Made by a program: the position numbers and the translations under genes. From assembly GCA_965661125.1 (NCBI GenBank), contig CBFICI010000005.1, forward strand, positions 42,305 through 106,304: DNA of 64,000 bases, in the 5' to 3' direction. The stretch comes from Pseudomonadales bacterium. GTDB lineage: Bacteria; Pseudomonadota; Gammaproteobacteria; Pseudomonadales; GM7GCV1. This document shows, piece by piece, positions 52,397 to 64,000 of this stretch (its first letter is position 1; each line of letters opens with the position of its first letter). Under the pieces are notes generated by a model that worked only from the letters and a program-made list of their open reading frames with translations, was not told the origin of the DNA and did no database searches.

Positions 52397-53602
52397 ATGT
52401 CATCCGGGGTAGAGCAGGCCAGCGGCCAATTGCCAAACCAGGGCGAAGCGCAAGCAACCGCTTCGGCTTCGGCTGCCCCCGCCTCTGCCAACCTGATGGG
52501 TATGTCGCCCACGCAAATGCGTGACTGGTTTGCCTCGATCGACGAAAAACCGTTTCGCGCTACCCAGTTGCTGAAATGGATACATCAGCACGGCGTGGAC
52601 GATTTCGATCAAATGACCAACCTGGCCAAAAGCCTACGCAGCAAGCTGCAGGACCTGGCCGAAATTCGTCCGCCCGTAGTGGTTGAAGAAAAACTCTCCA
52701 GCGACGGTACGCGCAAGTGGCTGATTCGTGTGACTGGCGGCAGTTGCGTGGAAACCGTGTTTATCCCCGAGGGCGAGCGCGGCACGCTCTGTGTATCGTC
52801 CCAGGTGGGCTGTTCGCTCGATTGCAGTTTCTGCAGCACCGGCAAGCAGGGCTTCAACCGCGACCTGACATCGGCAGAAATTATCGGCCAGCTGTGGATT
52901 GCCGCCAAAAGCTTCGACTCGCTGGGAAGCGGTAAACGCCGCGCCATATCCAATGTGGTCATGATGGGTATGGGCGAGCCGCTGATGAATTTCGACAATG
53001 TGGTGGCCGCCATGCAGCTGATGATGGACGACAACTGCTATGGGCTCTCCAAACGCAGGGTTACCCTGAGCACCGCAGGGGTAGTGCCCCAGATGGACCG
53101 GTTGGCCGACCATGTGGATGTGTCGTTAGCCATTTCGCTGCACGCAGCCAACGACGAGCTGCGCAACCAGTTGGTGCCGATCAACCGCAAGTACCCCATA
53201 GCCGAGTTGCTGCGCGCATCGCGCGACTACCTCGCGCGCATGCCCGACCAGCGGCGCAAGTTAACCGTGGAGTACACCCTGATCGACCAGGTAAACGACA
53301 GCCTTGAAGATGCCGCGCAACTGGCGCGCCTGATGGTCGATATTCCCTGCAAGATCAACCTGATCCCTTTCAATCCTTTCCCGCTCAGCGACTATCGTCG
53401 ACCCTCGAACAACCGTATCCGTGCCTTCCAGCACTACCTGATGGATAAGGGGTACACGGCAACAGTGCGAACCACGCGCGGGGAAGATATCGATGCCGCC
53501 TGTGGGCAGCTGGCCGGGGCTGTGAATGACCTTACCCGCCGTAGCCAGCGACACCGCAATAAGGCAGAATCAAGGATTGCAGCAACCGAGGTAGGCAACT
53601 GA
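52397..53602 (+). CDS. rlmN: 23S rRNA/tRNA m2A methyltransferase RlmN
   Basis: [30 protein letters not shown]. Confidence 0.96.
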   Translation: MSSGVEQASGQLPNQGEAQATASASAAPASANLMGMSPTQMRDWFASIDEKPFRATQLLKWIHQHGVDDFDQMTNLAKSLRSKLQDLAEIRPPVVVEEKLSSDGTRKWLIRVTGGSCVETVFIPEGERGTLCVSSQVGCSLDCSFCSTGKQGFNRDLTSAEIIGQLWIAAKSFDSLGSGKRRAISNVVMMGMGEPLMNFDNVVAAMQLMMDDNCYGLSKRRVTLSTAGVVPQMDRLADHVDVSLAISLHAANDELRNQLVPINRKYPIAELLRASRDYLARMPDQRRKLTVEYTLIDQVNDSLEDAAQLARLMVDIPCKINLIPFNPFPLSDYRRPSNNRIRAFQHYLMDKGYTATVRTTRGEDIDAACGQLAGAVNDLTRRSQRHRNKAESRIAATEVGN

Positions 53603-54357
53603 TGTTCAGTGCGTTGGGTAAAGGGTTTTTGCTGCTGGTGATGGCACTGGCGGCGAGCGCCTGTGTCACCGAACCACAGAACCGCCTGGCCAACCCGGAA
53701 CGTGCGCTTGCCGACTACATTCAGCTAGGCCGCAGCTACCTGGCTGAAGGCGAGCGAGACCAGGCTCGCTTTAACCTGCTTAAAGCATTGAATGTGGACA
53801 GCCGTTCGCCCGAGGCCAATAACCTGATGGCCCTGCTATACGAATCCGAGGGTGAAAACGAGTTAGCCCGTGATTCCTATCGCCGCGCACTGTCATCGGA
53901 TAGCAGCTACACCCCGGCGCGGGTGAATTATGCGCGTCTGCTGTATGCCGAAGAAGACTACCGCGAGGCCCGCGATCAGTATCAACGCGCTGTGGACGAC
54001 GTGAATTACCGGCTGCGGGCAAACGCCTTTTATGGGCTGGCACTGTCGCAGTTGCTGCTTGGCGAAGACGAAGAAGCGGGCCAGTCGCTGCGCCGGGCCA
54101 TGCAGTTGAACCCCTCGCTTGCCCCCGCCTTGCTGGAATTCGCCGAGCTGGCCTACGATCAGCGCAGCTTTGCCATCTCGATGCAATATCTCGAACGGTT
54201 CGAGCAGGTAGCGACGGCCACGCCGCGTAGCCTGGATTTGGGTATTCGCCTAGCGCAGGTATTTTCCGATTCGGAGAAAGAGGCAACCTACCGAATGGCC
54301 CTGGGTTCGATGTTTCCGGATTCTCTCCAGGCGCGTGAACGCCGACTGGAGCAATAG
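53602..54357 (+). CDS. pilW: Type IV pilus biogenesis/stability TPR lipoprotein PilW/PilF
   Basis: Lipobox ASAC, TPR repeats, position after rlmN. Confidence 0.85.
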   Translation: MFSALGKGFLLLVMALAASACVTEPQNRLANPERALADYIQLGRSYLAEGERDQARFNLLKALNVDSRSPEANNLMALLYESEGENELARDSYRRALSSDSSYTPARVNYARLLYAEEDYREARDQYQRAVDDVNYRLRANAFYGLALSQLLLGEDEEAGQSLRRAMQLNPSLAPALLEFAELAYDQRSFAISMQYLERFEQVATATPRSLDLGIRLAQVFSDSEKEATYRMALGSMFPDSLQARERRLEQ

Positions 54358-54365
54358 GTCTAGCC

Positions 54366-54794
54366 ATGACAGAAGAAACTGACCAGAGCAGCCAAAACGA
54401 GCAAACGCCAGCTCTGCAACCCGACCCGGGTGCCTTGCTGACGGCTGCGCGAGAGGCGCGCGGCGTCACTGTGGGTGAGATTTCTCGAGACATGGGCCTG
54501 ACCGAATCGGCCGTGCGCGACCTCGAGGCAAGCCAGTACGATAAATTCCCCGCCGGAATTTATGTCTGGGGTTACCTGCGTAACTACTGCAAGCTAATTG
54601 AACTGGACGAAGCCCCGGTACTTGAGGGCTATTTCTCGCTCACTGGCATATCTCAGGGTATTCGCGACTCCGAGCGGAGCAAGCCGAAGCCGGCGCCGGG
54701 CGCTGGAACAGCCGGTCTGGTGGTCTTTATCCTGGTTATTTTGGGGCTGGTGGGTTTGGCCGGTTACCTGGTTTACACCTTTTTGATCGCCTAG
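54366..54794 (+). CDS. rodZ: Short RodZ-like HTH membrane protein
   Basis: PGALL.AARE..G, LE...Y, YV.GYLRNY.K.., terminal TM; lies between pilW and ispG. Confidence 0.75.
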   Translation: MTEETDQSSQNEQTPALQPDPGALLTAAREARGVTVGEISRDMGLTESAVRDLEASQYDKFPAGIYVWGYLRNYCKLIELDEAPVLEGYFSLTGISQGIRDSERSKPKPAPGAGTAGLVVFILVILGLVGLAGYLVYTFLIA

Positions 54795-54814
54795 CCTTTA
54801 TCGAGTTTTGACAA

Positions 54815-55942
54815 ATGTTTTCTGAATCGCCCATCCAGCGTCGTAAGTCACGACAAATTCACGTGGGTAGTGTGCCTGTGGGCGGCGATGCGCCTATCAG
54901 TGTGCAAAGCATGACCAACACCGAAACCACCGATGTGGCCGCTACGGTTGCGCAAATTCGCGAACTGCAGGAAGCCGGTGCCGACATTGTGCGCGTGTCG
55001 GTCCCCAGCCTGGAAGCTTCGGTTGCCTTCGGTGAAATTCGCAAAGAAGTAGATATTCCCCTGGTGGCCGACATTCACTTCGACCACAAGATCGCTCTGG
55101 ATGTGGCGCAGCGCGGAGTAGATTGCCTGCGCATCAACCCGGGAAACATCGGCCGTGAAGACAGGGTACGGGCGGTTATCGATGCCGCCGCCGAGCGTGG
55201 CATACCCATTCGGGTTGGCGTAAACGCCGGGTCGCTGGAAAAAGACCTGCAAAAAAAATATGGCGAGCCAACAGCGGATGCGCTGGTGGAATCTGCCATG
55301 CGCCACATTGATATTCTCGACCGGCACGGGTTCCCCGATTACAAGCTAAGCCTCAAGGCATCGGACATTTTCATGACCGTGGCGGCCTACCGGAAGATTG
55401 CCAGCCAAATCGAGCAACCGCTTCATCTGGGCATCACCGAAGCCGGCGCGCTGCGGTCGGGCACCGTGAAATCCAGCATTGGGCTTGGCATGCTCTTGAT
55501 GGACGGCATTGGCGATACCATTCGCGTGTCTCTTGCGGCCGACCCGGTGGAAGAAATTCGTGTCGGCTGGGACATGCTGAAAAGCCTGCGCCTGCGCTCC
55601 AAGGGCATTAACTTCATTGCCTGCCCCAGCTGCTCGCGGCAGAACTTTGATGTGATCAAAACCATGAACCAGCTCGAAGCCCGCCTGGAAGACATCAAGG
55701 TGCCGATGGATGTTGCGGTGATTGGCTGCTACGTGAATGGCCCGGGTGAATCGAAAGAGGTAGATATCGGCATCACCGGGGCCGACCCGGAAAGCCTGAT
55801 ATATCTGGACGGCAAACCCTATCGAAAAATCAGTTCCGGTGATGTCACCGAGCAAATGGAGCAGTTGATTCGCCGGCGCGCCGAAGAAAAAGAGCAGGAA
55901 ATGGAGAACCTGATTGCCAGCAATGGAGGGCCCGGCCAGTGA
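54815..55942 (+). CDS. ispG: HMBPP synthase IspG
   Basis: [39 protein letters not shown]. Confidence 0.97.
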   Translation: MFSESPIQRRKSRQIHVGSVPVGGDAPISVQSMTNTETTDVAATVAQIRELQEAGADIVRVSVPSLEASVAFGEIRKEVDIPLVADIHFDHKIALDVAQRGVDCLRINPGNIGREDRVRAVIDAAAERGIPIRVGVNAGSLEKDLQKKYGEPTADALVESAMRHIDILDRHGFPDYKLSLKASDIFMTVAAYRKIASQIEQPLHLGITEAGALRSGTVKSSIGLGMLLMDGIGDTIRVSLAADPVEEIRVGWDMLKSLRLRSKGINFIACPSCSRQNFDVIKTMNQLEARLEDIKVPMDVAVIGCYVNGPGESKEVDIGITGADPESLIYLDGKPYRKISSGDVTEQMEQLIRRRAEEKEQEMENLIASNGGPGQ

Positions 55943-57216
55943 GTAGTATCCGCTCGATTCGCGGAATGCCTGACATCACCCCCGACCAAACGGCACTCTG
56001 GCGCGAGGTAGAAACTCGCTTGAACGGTGTGTTGGACGCGTACGGTTATGAGGAGATTCGTTTTCCCCTGCTGGAAAAAACTGCGCTGTTCAGCCGCACT
56101 ATCGGTGAAGTGACCGATATTGTCGAAAAGGAGATGTACAGTTTCGAGGACCGAAACGGTGAATCGCTTACCCTGCGCCCCGAAGGCACAGCGGGCTGCG
56201 TGCGCGCCTGCATTCAAAACGGATTGCTGAACCAGCAATCCCAGAAGCTCTGGTATCGCGGGCCAATGTTTCGCTACGAGCGGCCACAAAAAGGGCGTCA
56301 GCGACAGTTCCACCAGCTCGGACTGGAATGCTTTGGCCTGCAGGGCCCCGATATCGATGCTGAAATTATTGCGCTGACCGCGCGCATTTGGAGGGCGTTG
56401 GGAATATCCGAGGCCGTGCAGCTGGAAATCAATTCACTGGGTTCACCGGTAAGCCGCGCCGCGCATCGGCAAGCTCTGGTGGACTACTTCCGGCAGCACG
56501 CCAACCAACTGGACGAAGATAGCCAGCGGCGGCTTGAGAGCAACCCGCTGCGCATTCTGGACAGCAAAAATCCCGACATGCAGGAGCTGAACGAGGCTGC
56601 GCCGCGTCTGCTGGACTTCCTGGAACCCGACTGCAGGGAACATTTTGAACACTTCTGTGGTCTGCTTGAAGGAATGGGCATTGGCTATCAGCTGAACCAG
56701 CGCCTGGTTCGTGGGCTTGATTATTACAGCCGCACCGTTTTCGAGTGGACTACCTCGGCTCTGGGAGCTCAGGGTACGGTGTGCGGCGGAGGCCGCTACG
56801 ATGGCCTGGTGAAGCAGCTGGGTGGGCCGGACGTGCCCGCGCTGGGTTTCGCTATTGGCATTGAACGACTGCTGATGCTGGTTCAGGAGGTTAATCCGGA
56901 GCTTATCGGTGCCGGTCACCGCGGGCTGTTTATTGTGGTAGACCCCGCCTTTACGGCGCAGGCCATGGCAATTGCCGAAACCCTGCGAAACCAATTACCC
57001 GGTATGCCGGTATTGCAGCATCTGGGCGGCGGCAGCTTTAAAAGTCAGTTTAAAAAGGCCGACCGCAGTGGCGCACGCTATGCTCTGGTACTGGGCGAAA
57101 ACGAAATCGGCTCGAAGCAGGTTAGCCTGAAGGACCTGCGCGAGGAGAAACCGCAACAGCAGCTGTCATTGGACGAGTTGTGTGCCTTTTTACGGCAGGA
57201 GTTGCGTTCTGCATAG
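55939..57216 (+). CDS. hisS: Histidine--tRNA ligase
   Basis: [33 protein letters not shown]. Confidence 0.97.
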   Translation: MSSIRSIRGMPDITPDQTALWREVETRLNGVLDAYGYEEIRFPLLEKTALFSRTIGEVTDIVEKEMYSFEDRNGESLTLRPEGTAGCVRACIQNGLLNQQSQKLWYRGPMFRYERPQKGRQRQFHQLGLECFGLQGPDIDAEIIALTARIWRALGISEAVQLEINSLGSPVSRAAHRQALVDYFRQHANQLDEDSQRRLESNPLRILDSKNPDMQELNEAAPRLLDFLEPDCREHFEHFCGLLEGMGIGYQLNQRLVRGLDYYSRTVFEWTTSALGAQGTVCGGGRYDGLVKQLGGPDVPALGFAIGIERLLMLVQEVNPELIGAGHRGLFIVVDPAFTAQAMAIAETLRNQLPGMPVLQHLGGGSFKSQFKKADRSGARYALVLGENEIGSKQVSLKDLREEKPQQQLSLDELCAFLRQELRSA

Positions 57217-57307
57217 TGGCAACCCATCATAGCCACCCGCTGGCGCTGGCAGGGCAGTTTTAGCCCGGTTGGCTGGTAATAAATTTGTACAAACGGAAGC
57301 AATTGAA

Positions 57308-57979
57308 TTGAAGACCGAAGAAGAACAGTTGGAAGCCATCAAGCAATGGTGGTCGGATAACGGCCTGGCACTGGTGGCCACTGTGGTCGTGGTGGTGGGC
57401 GGTTGGTTTGGCTGGCAAGCCTGGCAGCAACAGCAAACCGAGAAGGCCCAGGCAGCGGCCAACCTCTACATTGACATTCAGCAGGCGGTAATCAACCAGG
57501 GCGTGGTTGGCGGCGAAATGTCGCAACAAGAACTGGAATTGATTCGCAGCATCGGCTTTCTTACCGACCAGATGCAGGATGAGCATGCCGGCAACGGGTT
57601 TTCTGTACTGGGCGCTCTGGCGGCAGCCCGTGCGGCCGCCGATCGCAATGACTATGCGCAGGCCGAACAAAGGCTGCAGTGGGCGCTGGACAATAACGAC
57701 GACGAAGCCCTGGAGGGGTTGCTGACCTATCGGTTGGCCGTTGCCAAATATGCCCAGGAAAATTATGACGAGGCTCTGTCGCTGCTGAACGGCGGGTCTA
57801 CCCAGTATGCGGCGTTGTTCGCCGAAGTGCGCGGCGATGTTTACCTGCAAATGGGTGAAGCATCGCGCGCGGCCGATGAATACCGTTCCGCCATTGATGC
57901 ACTGCTGGAAAGCCAGCTTGCTTACCGGCCCAATCTTGAGGCAAAACTGGCTCAAACAGGCGCAACTCGTGCGGAATAA
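57308..57979 (+). CDS. yfgM: YfgM-family ancillary SecYEG subunit (start uncertain)
   Basis: TEEEQLEAIKQWW..NG, TM, TPR-like region; lies between hisS and bamB. Confidence 0.88.
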   Translation: MKTEEEQLEAIKQWWSDNGLALVATVVVVVGGWFGWQAWQQQQTEKAQAAANLYIDIQQAVINQGVVGGEMSQQELELIRSIGFLTDQMQDEHAGNGFSVLGALAAARAAADRNDYAQAEQRLQWALDNNDDEALEGLLTYRLAVAKYAQENYDEALSLLNGGSTQYAALFAEVRGDVYLQMGEASRAADEYRSAIDALLESQLAYRPNLEAKLAQTGATRAE

Positions 57980-59162
57980 ACTGCCCATCAAGCCATCGGT
58001 GCAACATTTGGGGCGGCGGGCTTTGCTTGCTGGCCTGTTTCCACTTCTGCTGCTGGCAGGCTGTGCTTCCAACGACGTCGACCCGGATACACTTCCCGTA
58101 GAGCTGGCTGACTTTACCGCGGCCCTGCAGGTTGAAGAGTTGTGGAGCAGGAATATCGGTACAACCGATGCCGAGCACACAGCGCAAATTCGCCCCGCGG
58201 TAAGCGATGGTGTGGTGTATGTGGCCAACTCAAATGGTCGGGTAATGGCGCTTGATCTTGCCACCGGTGACCAGATTTGGCGCATCGATACCAATCGCGA
58301 CCTGGCGGCTGCAACCGGTGTTGGCGATGGCCTGGTTCTTGTTTCGTCCACCGACGGCGAGGTGATTGCGCTAGATGCCACTGACGGCAGCGAACGTTGG
58401 CGACATGCCCTCAGCTCGGAAGTGCTGGCGGCTCCATCGGCCGGGTTTGGCGTTACGGTAGCTTTGGCTCTGGATGGCCGCGTTTACGCTCTCGACTCCA
58501 ATTCGGGTGAGCAAGTCTGGCGCGCCGATGCGGTTAAACCCCTGCTTACCCTGCGCGGCAATGCCTCGCCGGAAATTGTGGAAGGCGTCGCGCTGATAGG
58601 GCACGACTCGGGCAAGGTAGCGGCTTATCGCCTAAGCGACGGTGCCAATCTGTGGACCGCCCGGGTAGGCGCACCCGAGGGTGCCAACGAGTTGGAGCGC
58701 ATGGTGGATGTGGATGCCCGCCCGCGTTACCTCAATGGTTTGGTTTACGGCCTGAGCTATCAGGGTGGCCTGATGGCAATCAGCCCGCAAACGGGCCGAG
58801 GCAACTGGTTTCAGCCCGCCTCCAGCATAAAAGAGATTGGCCTGTTTGGTGGTACGGTTGCCATCACCGACGATCAAAGCCGCCTGTTCGCCTATAACGC
58901 TATCTCGGGGTCTCCACTGTGGGATTCGCTGGTCGTGCGCAACCGGCAGGCGACTGGCCCAGTGGTAGCCGACAACTGGGTTGCAGTGGCCGACTTCCAG
59001 GGATATGTGCATTTTCTGCGCCGCACCAACGGCTCTGTCATTCAGCGCGTTCGTGTTGGCCGCAACCCGGTTAGCTCACCGCTTGTGCCCATCTCGGATG
59101 GGGTGCTGGTACTGGACGACTCGGGTCGCCTGACCGCCCTTGGCGTTCGGGCCAACAACTGA
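57969..59162 (+). CDS. bamB: Outer membrane assembly lipoprotein BamB (start uncertain)
   Basis: Lipobox LAGC, PQQ-like beta-propeller repeats, LTLRG, ELERMVDVD. Confidence 0.92.
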   Translation: MRNKLPIKPSVQHLGRRALLAGLFPLLLLAGCASNDVDPDTLPVELADFTAALQVEELWSRNIGTTDAEHTAQIRPAVSDGVVYVANSNGRVMALDLATGDQIWRIDTNRDLAAATGVGDGLVLVSSTDGEVIALDATDGSERWRHALSSEVLAAPSAGFGVTVALALDGRVYALDSNSGEQVWRADAVKPLLTLRGNASPEIVEGVALIGHDSGKVAAYRLSDGANLWTARVGAPEGANELERMVDVDARPRYLNGLVYGLSYQGGLMAISPQTGRGNWFQPASSIKEIGLFGGTVAITDDQSRLFAYNAISGSPLWDSLVVRNRQATGPVVADNWVAVADFQGYVHFLRRTNGSVIQRVRVGRNPVSSPLVPISDGVLVLDDSGRLTALGVRANN

Positions 59163-59185
59163 TTTTCTGCCCCCAGGGCTGAACC

Positions 59186-60580
59186 ATGGCTGTTCTTCCT
59201 ACCTTCGCCCTTGTTGGTCGCCCCAACGTGGGCAAGTCGACACTGTTCAACCGCCTCACCCGAAGCCGGGACGCGCTGGTGGCCGATTTGCCGGGGCTAA
59301 CCCGCGATCGCAAGTATGGCGAAGCCAGTGTGGGCGATCGCCGCTTCTTGCTGATTGATACCGGCGGCCTGACCGGTGAAGAAGCCGGTGTTGAGAAAGA
59401 AATGGCCAGTCAGGCGATCTCCGCGATTGAAGAGGCCGACCATATTCTGTTTCTGGTGGATGGCCGCGCCGGGATGAACCTGGGTGATGAACAGATTGCC
59501 GACCTGCTGCGCCGGCAGAACAAGCCGGTTCACCTTGTGGTAAACAAGATTGACGGCGTTCAGCCGGAACTGGCGGAGGGCGAATTTCACGCGCTCGGCT
59601 TTGCCAATTTAAGTAGCATCAGCGCATCCCATGGCCGGGGTGTTAATCAGCTTGTCAGCGGGCTGCTCGAGGACATTCCCGAGTCGCTTCCTGCCGAGGA
59701 AGAAGACAGCAACGGCATCCGAATTGCCGTGGTAGGGCGGCCCAATGTGGGCAAGTCGACCCTGGTTAACCGCATGCTGGGAGAAGAGCGGGTTGTGGTG
59801 TTTGACATGCCGGGTACCACGCGCGACTCCATCTACATCGACTACGAACGCCACGGAAAGCAATACACCCTGATCGACACGGCTGGAGTACGGCGGCGCA
59901 AAAATGTGCGCGAGGGCGTGGAAAAGTTCTCTATTGTGAAGACCCTGCAGGCCATCAGCGATTCGCAGGTAGTGATTCTGCTGATGGATGCCAGCGAGGG
60001 CATTGTCGATCAGGATTTGCACCTGCTGGGGCACTGCATGCAGGCCGGTCGCGCGCTGGTGGTGGCAATAAACAAATGGGATGGCCTGGACAGTTACGCA
60101 CGCGATCGTATCAAGGACGAGCTGGATCGGCGCCTGCGCTTTATCGACTATGCCGATGTGCATTTCATATCTGCCCTGCACGGCAGTGGAGTGGGCAAGC
60201 TATACGACTCGATACAGGCGGCCTGGGAAAGTGCGACCTCGCCACTGGGCACCAACCGCCTGACGCGTATTCTGGAGGATGCGGTTCAGGAGCACGCACC
60301 GCCGATGGTGCGCGGACGCCGCATCAAGCTGCGCTATGCCCACGCCGGTGGCCGCAACCCTCCGGTGATTGTGATTCATGGCAACCAGACTGGTTCGGTA
60401 CCCGATCACTACAGCCGCTTTCTGGAAAAAACCTTTCGCCGCGCCCTCGATCTGAAGGGCACGCCGCTGCGCATTGAATATCGCTCCAGCGAAAATCCTT
60501 TTGCCGGACGCAAGAACACCCTCACCGACCGGCAGATTCGCAAGCGCAAACGGCTGAGAAAGCACCTGAGCAAAAAATAG
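59186..60580 (+). CDS. der: Ribosome biogenesis GTPase Der
   Basis: Two GRPNVGKS G-domains and a C-terminal KH-like domain. Confidence 0.97.
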   Translation: MAVLPTFALVGRPNVGKSTLFNRLTRSRDALVADLPGLTRDRKYGEASVGDRRFLLIDTGGLTGEEAGVEKEMASQAISAIEEADHILFLVDGRAGMNLGDEQIADLLRRQNKPVHLVVNKIDGVQPELAEGEFHALGFANLSSISASHGRGVNQLVSGLLEDIPESLPAEEEDSNGIRIAVVGRPNVGKSTLVNRMLGEERVVVFDMPGTTRDSIYIDYERHGKQYTLIDTAGVRRRKNVREGVEKFSIVKTLQAISDSQVVILLMDASEGIVDQDLHLLGHCMQAGRALVVAINKWDGLDSYARDRIKDELDRRLRFIDYADVHFISALHGSGVGKLYDSIQAAWESATSPLGTNRLTRILEDAVQEHAPPMVRGRRIKLRYAHAGGRNPPVIVIHGNQTGSVPDHYSRFLEKTFRRALDLKGTPLRIEYRSSENPFAGRKNTLTDRQIRKRKRLRKHLSKK

Positions 60581-60707
60581 CCGGTTCTCGTCTGCTAACG
60601 AGATGCTTCTGCCCCATTTATCTTTGCTTTTTCAGATTGTCATTCAGGCGCCTTTTTGCCTCGCCCGCTGGTATGCTTTAGCACCCTGATAAAAATAGGA
60701 ATGCGCC

Positions 60708-61352
60708 ATGGATATGGACCAGATGGCCACGCTGATCGCCATGACCCTTGGGGTTTCCTGGGCCAGCGGCATCAATCTGTACGCCGCCATGCTGGCACTT
60801 GGTCTGGCTGGCGCCACCGGCCACGCGGTACTGCCCGAAGAGCTGCAAATTCTGCAGTCGCCACTGGTGATTGCGGCCGCTGGCCTGATGTACTGCGTAG
60901 AGTTTTTTGCCGACAAGATTCCCGGTGTAGACACGGGGTGGGACGCTCTGCACACCTTTATTCGCCTGCCTGCCGGGGCCTTACTGGCCTCGGGTATGAT
61001 GGCCGACGCCGGGCAGGGCGCCCAGCTGGCTGCCATGATTGTGGGCGGTGGTCTGGCCGCGGGCACTCACGCCACCAAAGCCGGTTCGCGTGCCCTGATT
61101 AACACCTCGCCCGAGCCGGTGAGCAACTGGTTTGCCTCCATTGGCGAGGACATCGCCGTATTTGCCGGCGTCTGGGCCATGATTAATCACCCCTATATGT
61201 TCCTGGGTTTCCTGATTTTGTTCATTCTTCTGATGATCTGGTTGCTGCCTAAAATCTGGCGCGGCATCAAACTGGTGTGGCGCAAGCTGTTTGGCGGCAA
61301 GCAAGAGCAGCCGGCAGTTGAAACCACAGAGCCGGGGCCGCCCGGTTCATGA
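60708..61352 (+). CDS. DUF4126-family membrane protein
   Basis: WASGINLYA, EFFADKIPGVD..WD..HTFIR, NTSPEP.SN...S..ED. Confidence 0.85.
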   Translation: MDMDQMATLIAMTLGVSWASGINLYAAMLALGLAGATGHAVLPEELQILQSPLVIAAAGLMYCVEFFADKIPGVDTGWDALHTFIRLPAGALLASGMMADAGQGAQLAAMIVGGGLAAGTHATKAGSRALINTSPEPVSNWFASIGEDIAVFAGVWAMINHPYMFLGFLILFILLMIWLLPKIWRGIKLVWRKLFGGKQEQPAVETTEPGPPGS

Positions 61353-61810
61353 CCGAACAGCGCAGCCAACTGCGGCTGATGGCCATGAACTACCTGGCAC
61401 GAAGAGAACAGGGTTACCGCGAACTGGCCGAAAAAATTAAAGGCCGTGTGCCCGACCTGGACAGCGAGCTGTTGCATTCGGTTCTGGGCGAATTGGTTGA
61501 AGATGGTCTGCAGGACGACAAGCGCTACGCCGAAATGCTGGCGAACAGTCGAAGCGGGCGTGGTTACGGGCCGGTTCGCATCCATATGGAAATGAGCCAG
61601 AAAGGGTTGCCGGAAAGCCTGATACAGCAGGTAATGGATGAGTTGGAGCTTGACTGGTTTGCCCTAGCGCGCCAGCAATGCGAGAAAAAATACAGCGCAG
61701 CCGACCTGGAAGACTGGAAAACCCGCGGCAAGGCCGGGCAGTTTTTGCAGCGACGCGGCTTCACTTCGGAGCAGGTGCGCGCTGCCATTAATGGAGACGA
61801 ATGGGAATGA
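61349..61810 (+). CDS. recX: Regulatory protein RecX
   Basis: AMNYLARRE, L.DD.RYA, GYGP.RI, FL.RRGF. Confidence 0.88.
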   Translation: MTEQRSQLRLMAMNYLARREQGYRELAEKIKGRVPDLDSELLHSVLGELVEDGLQDDKRYAEMLANSRSGRGYGPVRIHMEMSQKGLPESLIQQVMDELELDWFALARQQCEKKYSAADLEDWKTRGKAGQFLQRRGFTSEQVRAAINGDEWE

Positions 61811-62631
61811 TGCGAAGTGCCGTAGCCAGCCTGGCCCTGATACCGCTGCTGGCTTACGCCCAGCTGGTTGAACTCGAAGGGCAATGGATTGAGGGCAATA
61901 TGATTGTGGGGCAAACCGAACCCGGCGCCCGGGTTGAGTTCAAGGGGCAGCCGGTGATGGTGGCCGAAGATGGCCTCTTTGTCATTGGCCTGCACCGTGA
62001 CGAGAACGAACCCGTTACCCTTCGCGTGCAGTCGGCCGATGGCGGTACCGAAGAATCGATGCAGTTCGCAGTTGAACAGCGCGACTACGACGTTCAGCGC
62101 ATCGAGGGTATTGCGCGCAACATCATGGAACCCAGCGCGCAGGAGCAGGACCGCATATATGCCGATTGGCTGATGACGCAAGAGGCGCGCAAGGTGCGCA
62201 GCAGTGACCGCGAATTTCTGGCCAGTTTCGACTGGCCGGTGCTCGGGCCAATCAGCGGGGTGTACGGAAGCCAGCGTGTCTACAATGGCGTGCCCGGCAC
62301 ACCCCACTATGGGCTGGATATTGCCGTGCCTACCGGAACACCGGTGAAGGCTCCGGCCGCCGGGCGCGTTATTCTGGTGTCGCCCGATATGTTTTACTCC
62401 GGCGGTACGGTGGTGCTCGACCACGGCCACGGCGTGTCTTCCTCATTTCTGCACATGAGCAGGGTGCTGGTGGAAAAGGGGCAGTGGATAGAGCAGGGCG
62501 AGCTAATCGGTGAGGTGGGTGCGACCGGCCGGGTGACTGGCCCACATCTTGACTGGCGGATGAACTGGGGCGATTCGCGCATCGACCCGGAGTTTTTCCT
62601 GCGCCGGTCCGGTGTCTGGCATCTGGATTAG
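61807..62631 (+). CDS. M23-family metallopeptidase (exported)
   Basis: HYGLDIA (HxxxD), LDHGHG, FLHMS, TGPHLDW. Confidence 0.9.
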   Translation: MMRSAVASLALIPLLAYAQLVELEGQWIEGNMIVGQTEPGARVEFKGQPVMVAEDGLFVIGLHRDENEPVTLRVQSADGGTEESMQFAVEQRDYDVQRIEGIARNIMEPSAQEQDRIYADWLMTQEARKVRSSDREFLASFDWPVLGPISGVYGSQRVYNGVPGTPHYGLDIAVPTGTPVKAPAAGRVILVSPDMFYSGGTVVLDHGHGVSSSFLHMSRVLVEKGQWIEQGELIGEVGATGRVTGPHLDWRMNWGDSRIDPEFFLRRSGVWHLD

Positions 62632-62696
62632 CCGCGCATATTGCCCCCGCCCGCAGCTGTTGAAGCAGTCACAAATACAGTAAACTCCGCGCCACT

Positions 62697-62909
62697 ATGA
62701 TCGACAAAAAACTGCTCAGCATACTGGTTTGCCCGGTGGCCAAAACCACGCTTTATTTCAACCGCGAAGCCAACGAACTGGTTTCCACGGCGGCCGGCCT
62801 TGCCTACCCGATACGCGACGATATTCCAGTGTTAATGGAGTCGGAAGCCCGCGTGCTTTCAGCAGAGGAAGTGCTGGAAATCAAAAAGAAGCACCCGCGT
62901 CATGAGTGA
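62697..62909 (+). CDS. Trm112/YcaR family protein
   Basis: LLSILVCPV.K, LAYPIRDDIPVL..EAR. Confidence 0.9.
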   Translation: MIDKKLLSILVCPVAKTTLYFNREANELVSTAAGLAYPIRDDIPVLMESEARVLSAEEVLEIKKKHPRHE

Positions 62910-63252
62910 TAAAAGCATCTTCAGCAAGATAATTGACGGCGAGATTCCTGCCGACAAGCTTTACGAAGACGACCAGTGCATTGTGATTCAGGACATTCAG
63001 CCCAAGGCGCCCACGCACCTGCTGATTATTCCCAAACAGCCGATTCCCATGCTGGTTGAAGCCAGGCCCGAGCACCAGGCCCTGCTGGGGCATTTGTTGC
63101 TGGTAGTGGGCGAAATGGCGCGCCGCACCGGTTGTGAAGACGGCTTCCGCCTGGTGATCAACAACGGTGAGGGGGGTGGCCAAACGGTGTTCCACCTGCA
63201 TATGCACCTGCTGGGGAATAAAAAATTCGATGAGGACGATTTGGCCTCCTGA
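62902..63252 (+). CDS. hinT: HIT-family nucleotide-binding protein
   Basis: IFSKII.GEIP, DI.P.APTH, GQTVFHLHMHLL. Confidence 0.92.
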   Translation: MSDKSIFSKIIDGEIPADKLYEDDQCIVIQDIQPKAPTHLLIIPKQPIPMLVEARPEHQALLGHLLLVVGEMARRTGCEDGFRLVINNGEGGGQTVFHLHMHLLGNKKFDEDDLAS

Positions 63253-63285
63253 TTGGATTCCAACGCCTCAAAGCATTAAATTTAA

Positions 63286-64000
<715 letters not shown>

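Overview
Mostly core chromosome of a GC-rich gammaproteobacterium. Gene order and protein sequences look Pseudomonadales/Cellvibrionales-like; that placement is an inference. In order: a partial, C-terminally truncated dnaE2; dapD, yffB, sppA, DUF2069, wrbA, arsC; a tlpA-acyP-ccmABCDE operon; an MFS transporter; a pirin/GST-omega/LysR module; cmoA; an M16 peptidase; a stand-alone TonB-C protein; ppk1-ppx; valS, holC, pepA, lptFG; a small accessory patch around tRNA-Leu(CAA) (Bcr-type MFS, DUF6152-fusion protein, orphan PDR/VanB reductase); queA-tgt-secDF; suhB, galE, trmJ; the isc operon; ndk through der; recX; and the start of alaS. The strongest unexplained structure is a family of ~39-bp hairpin repeats in two mosaic tandem arrays (2082-2470, 10812-11318) with a degenerate third site (51711-51810). 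The repeats show compensatory stem changes, strand asymmetry and hairpin-deleted copies. The two arrays sit where the dnaE2 3' end and ccmFGH would be expected. I saw no CRISPR array, prophage, integrase or transposase. All family calls come from motif recognition by eye; no database searches were run.
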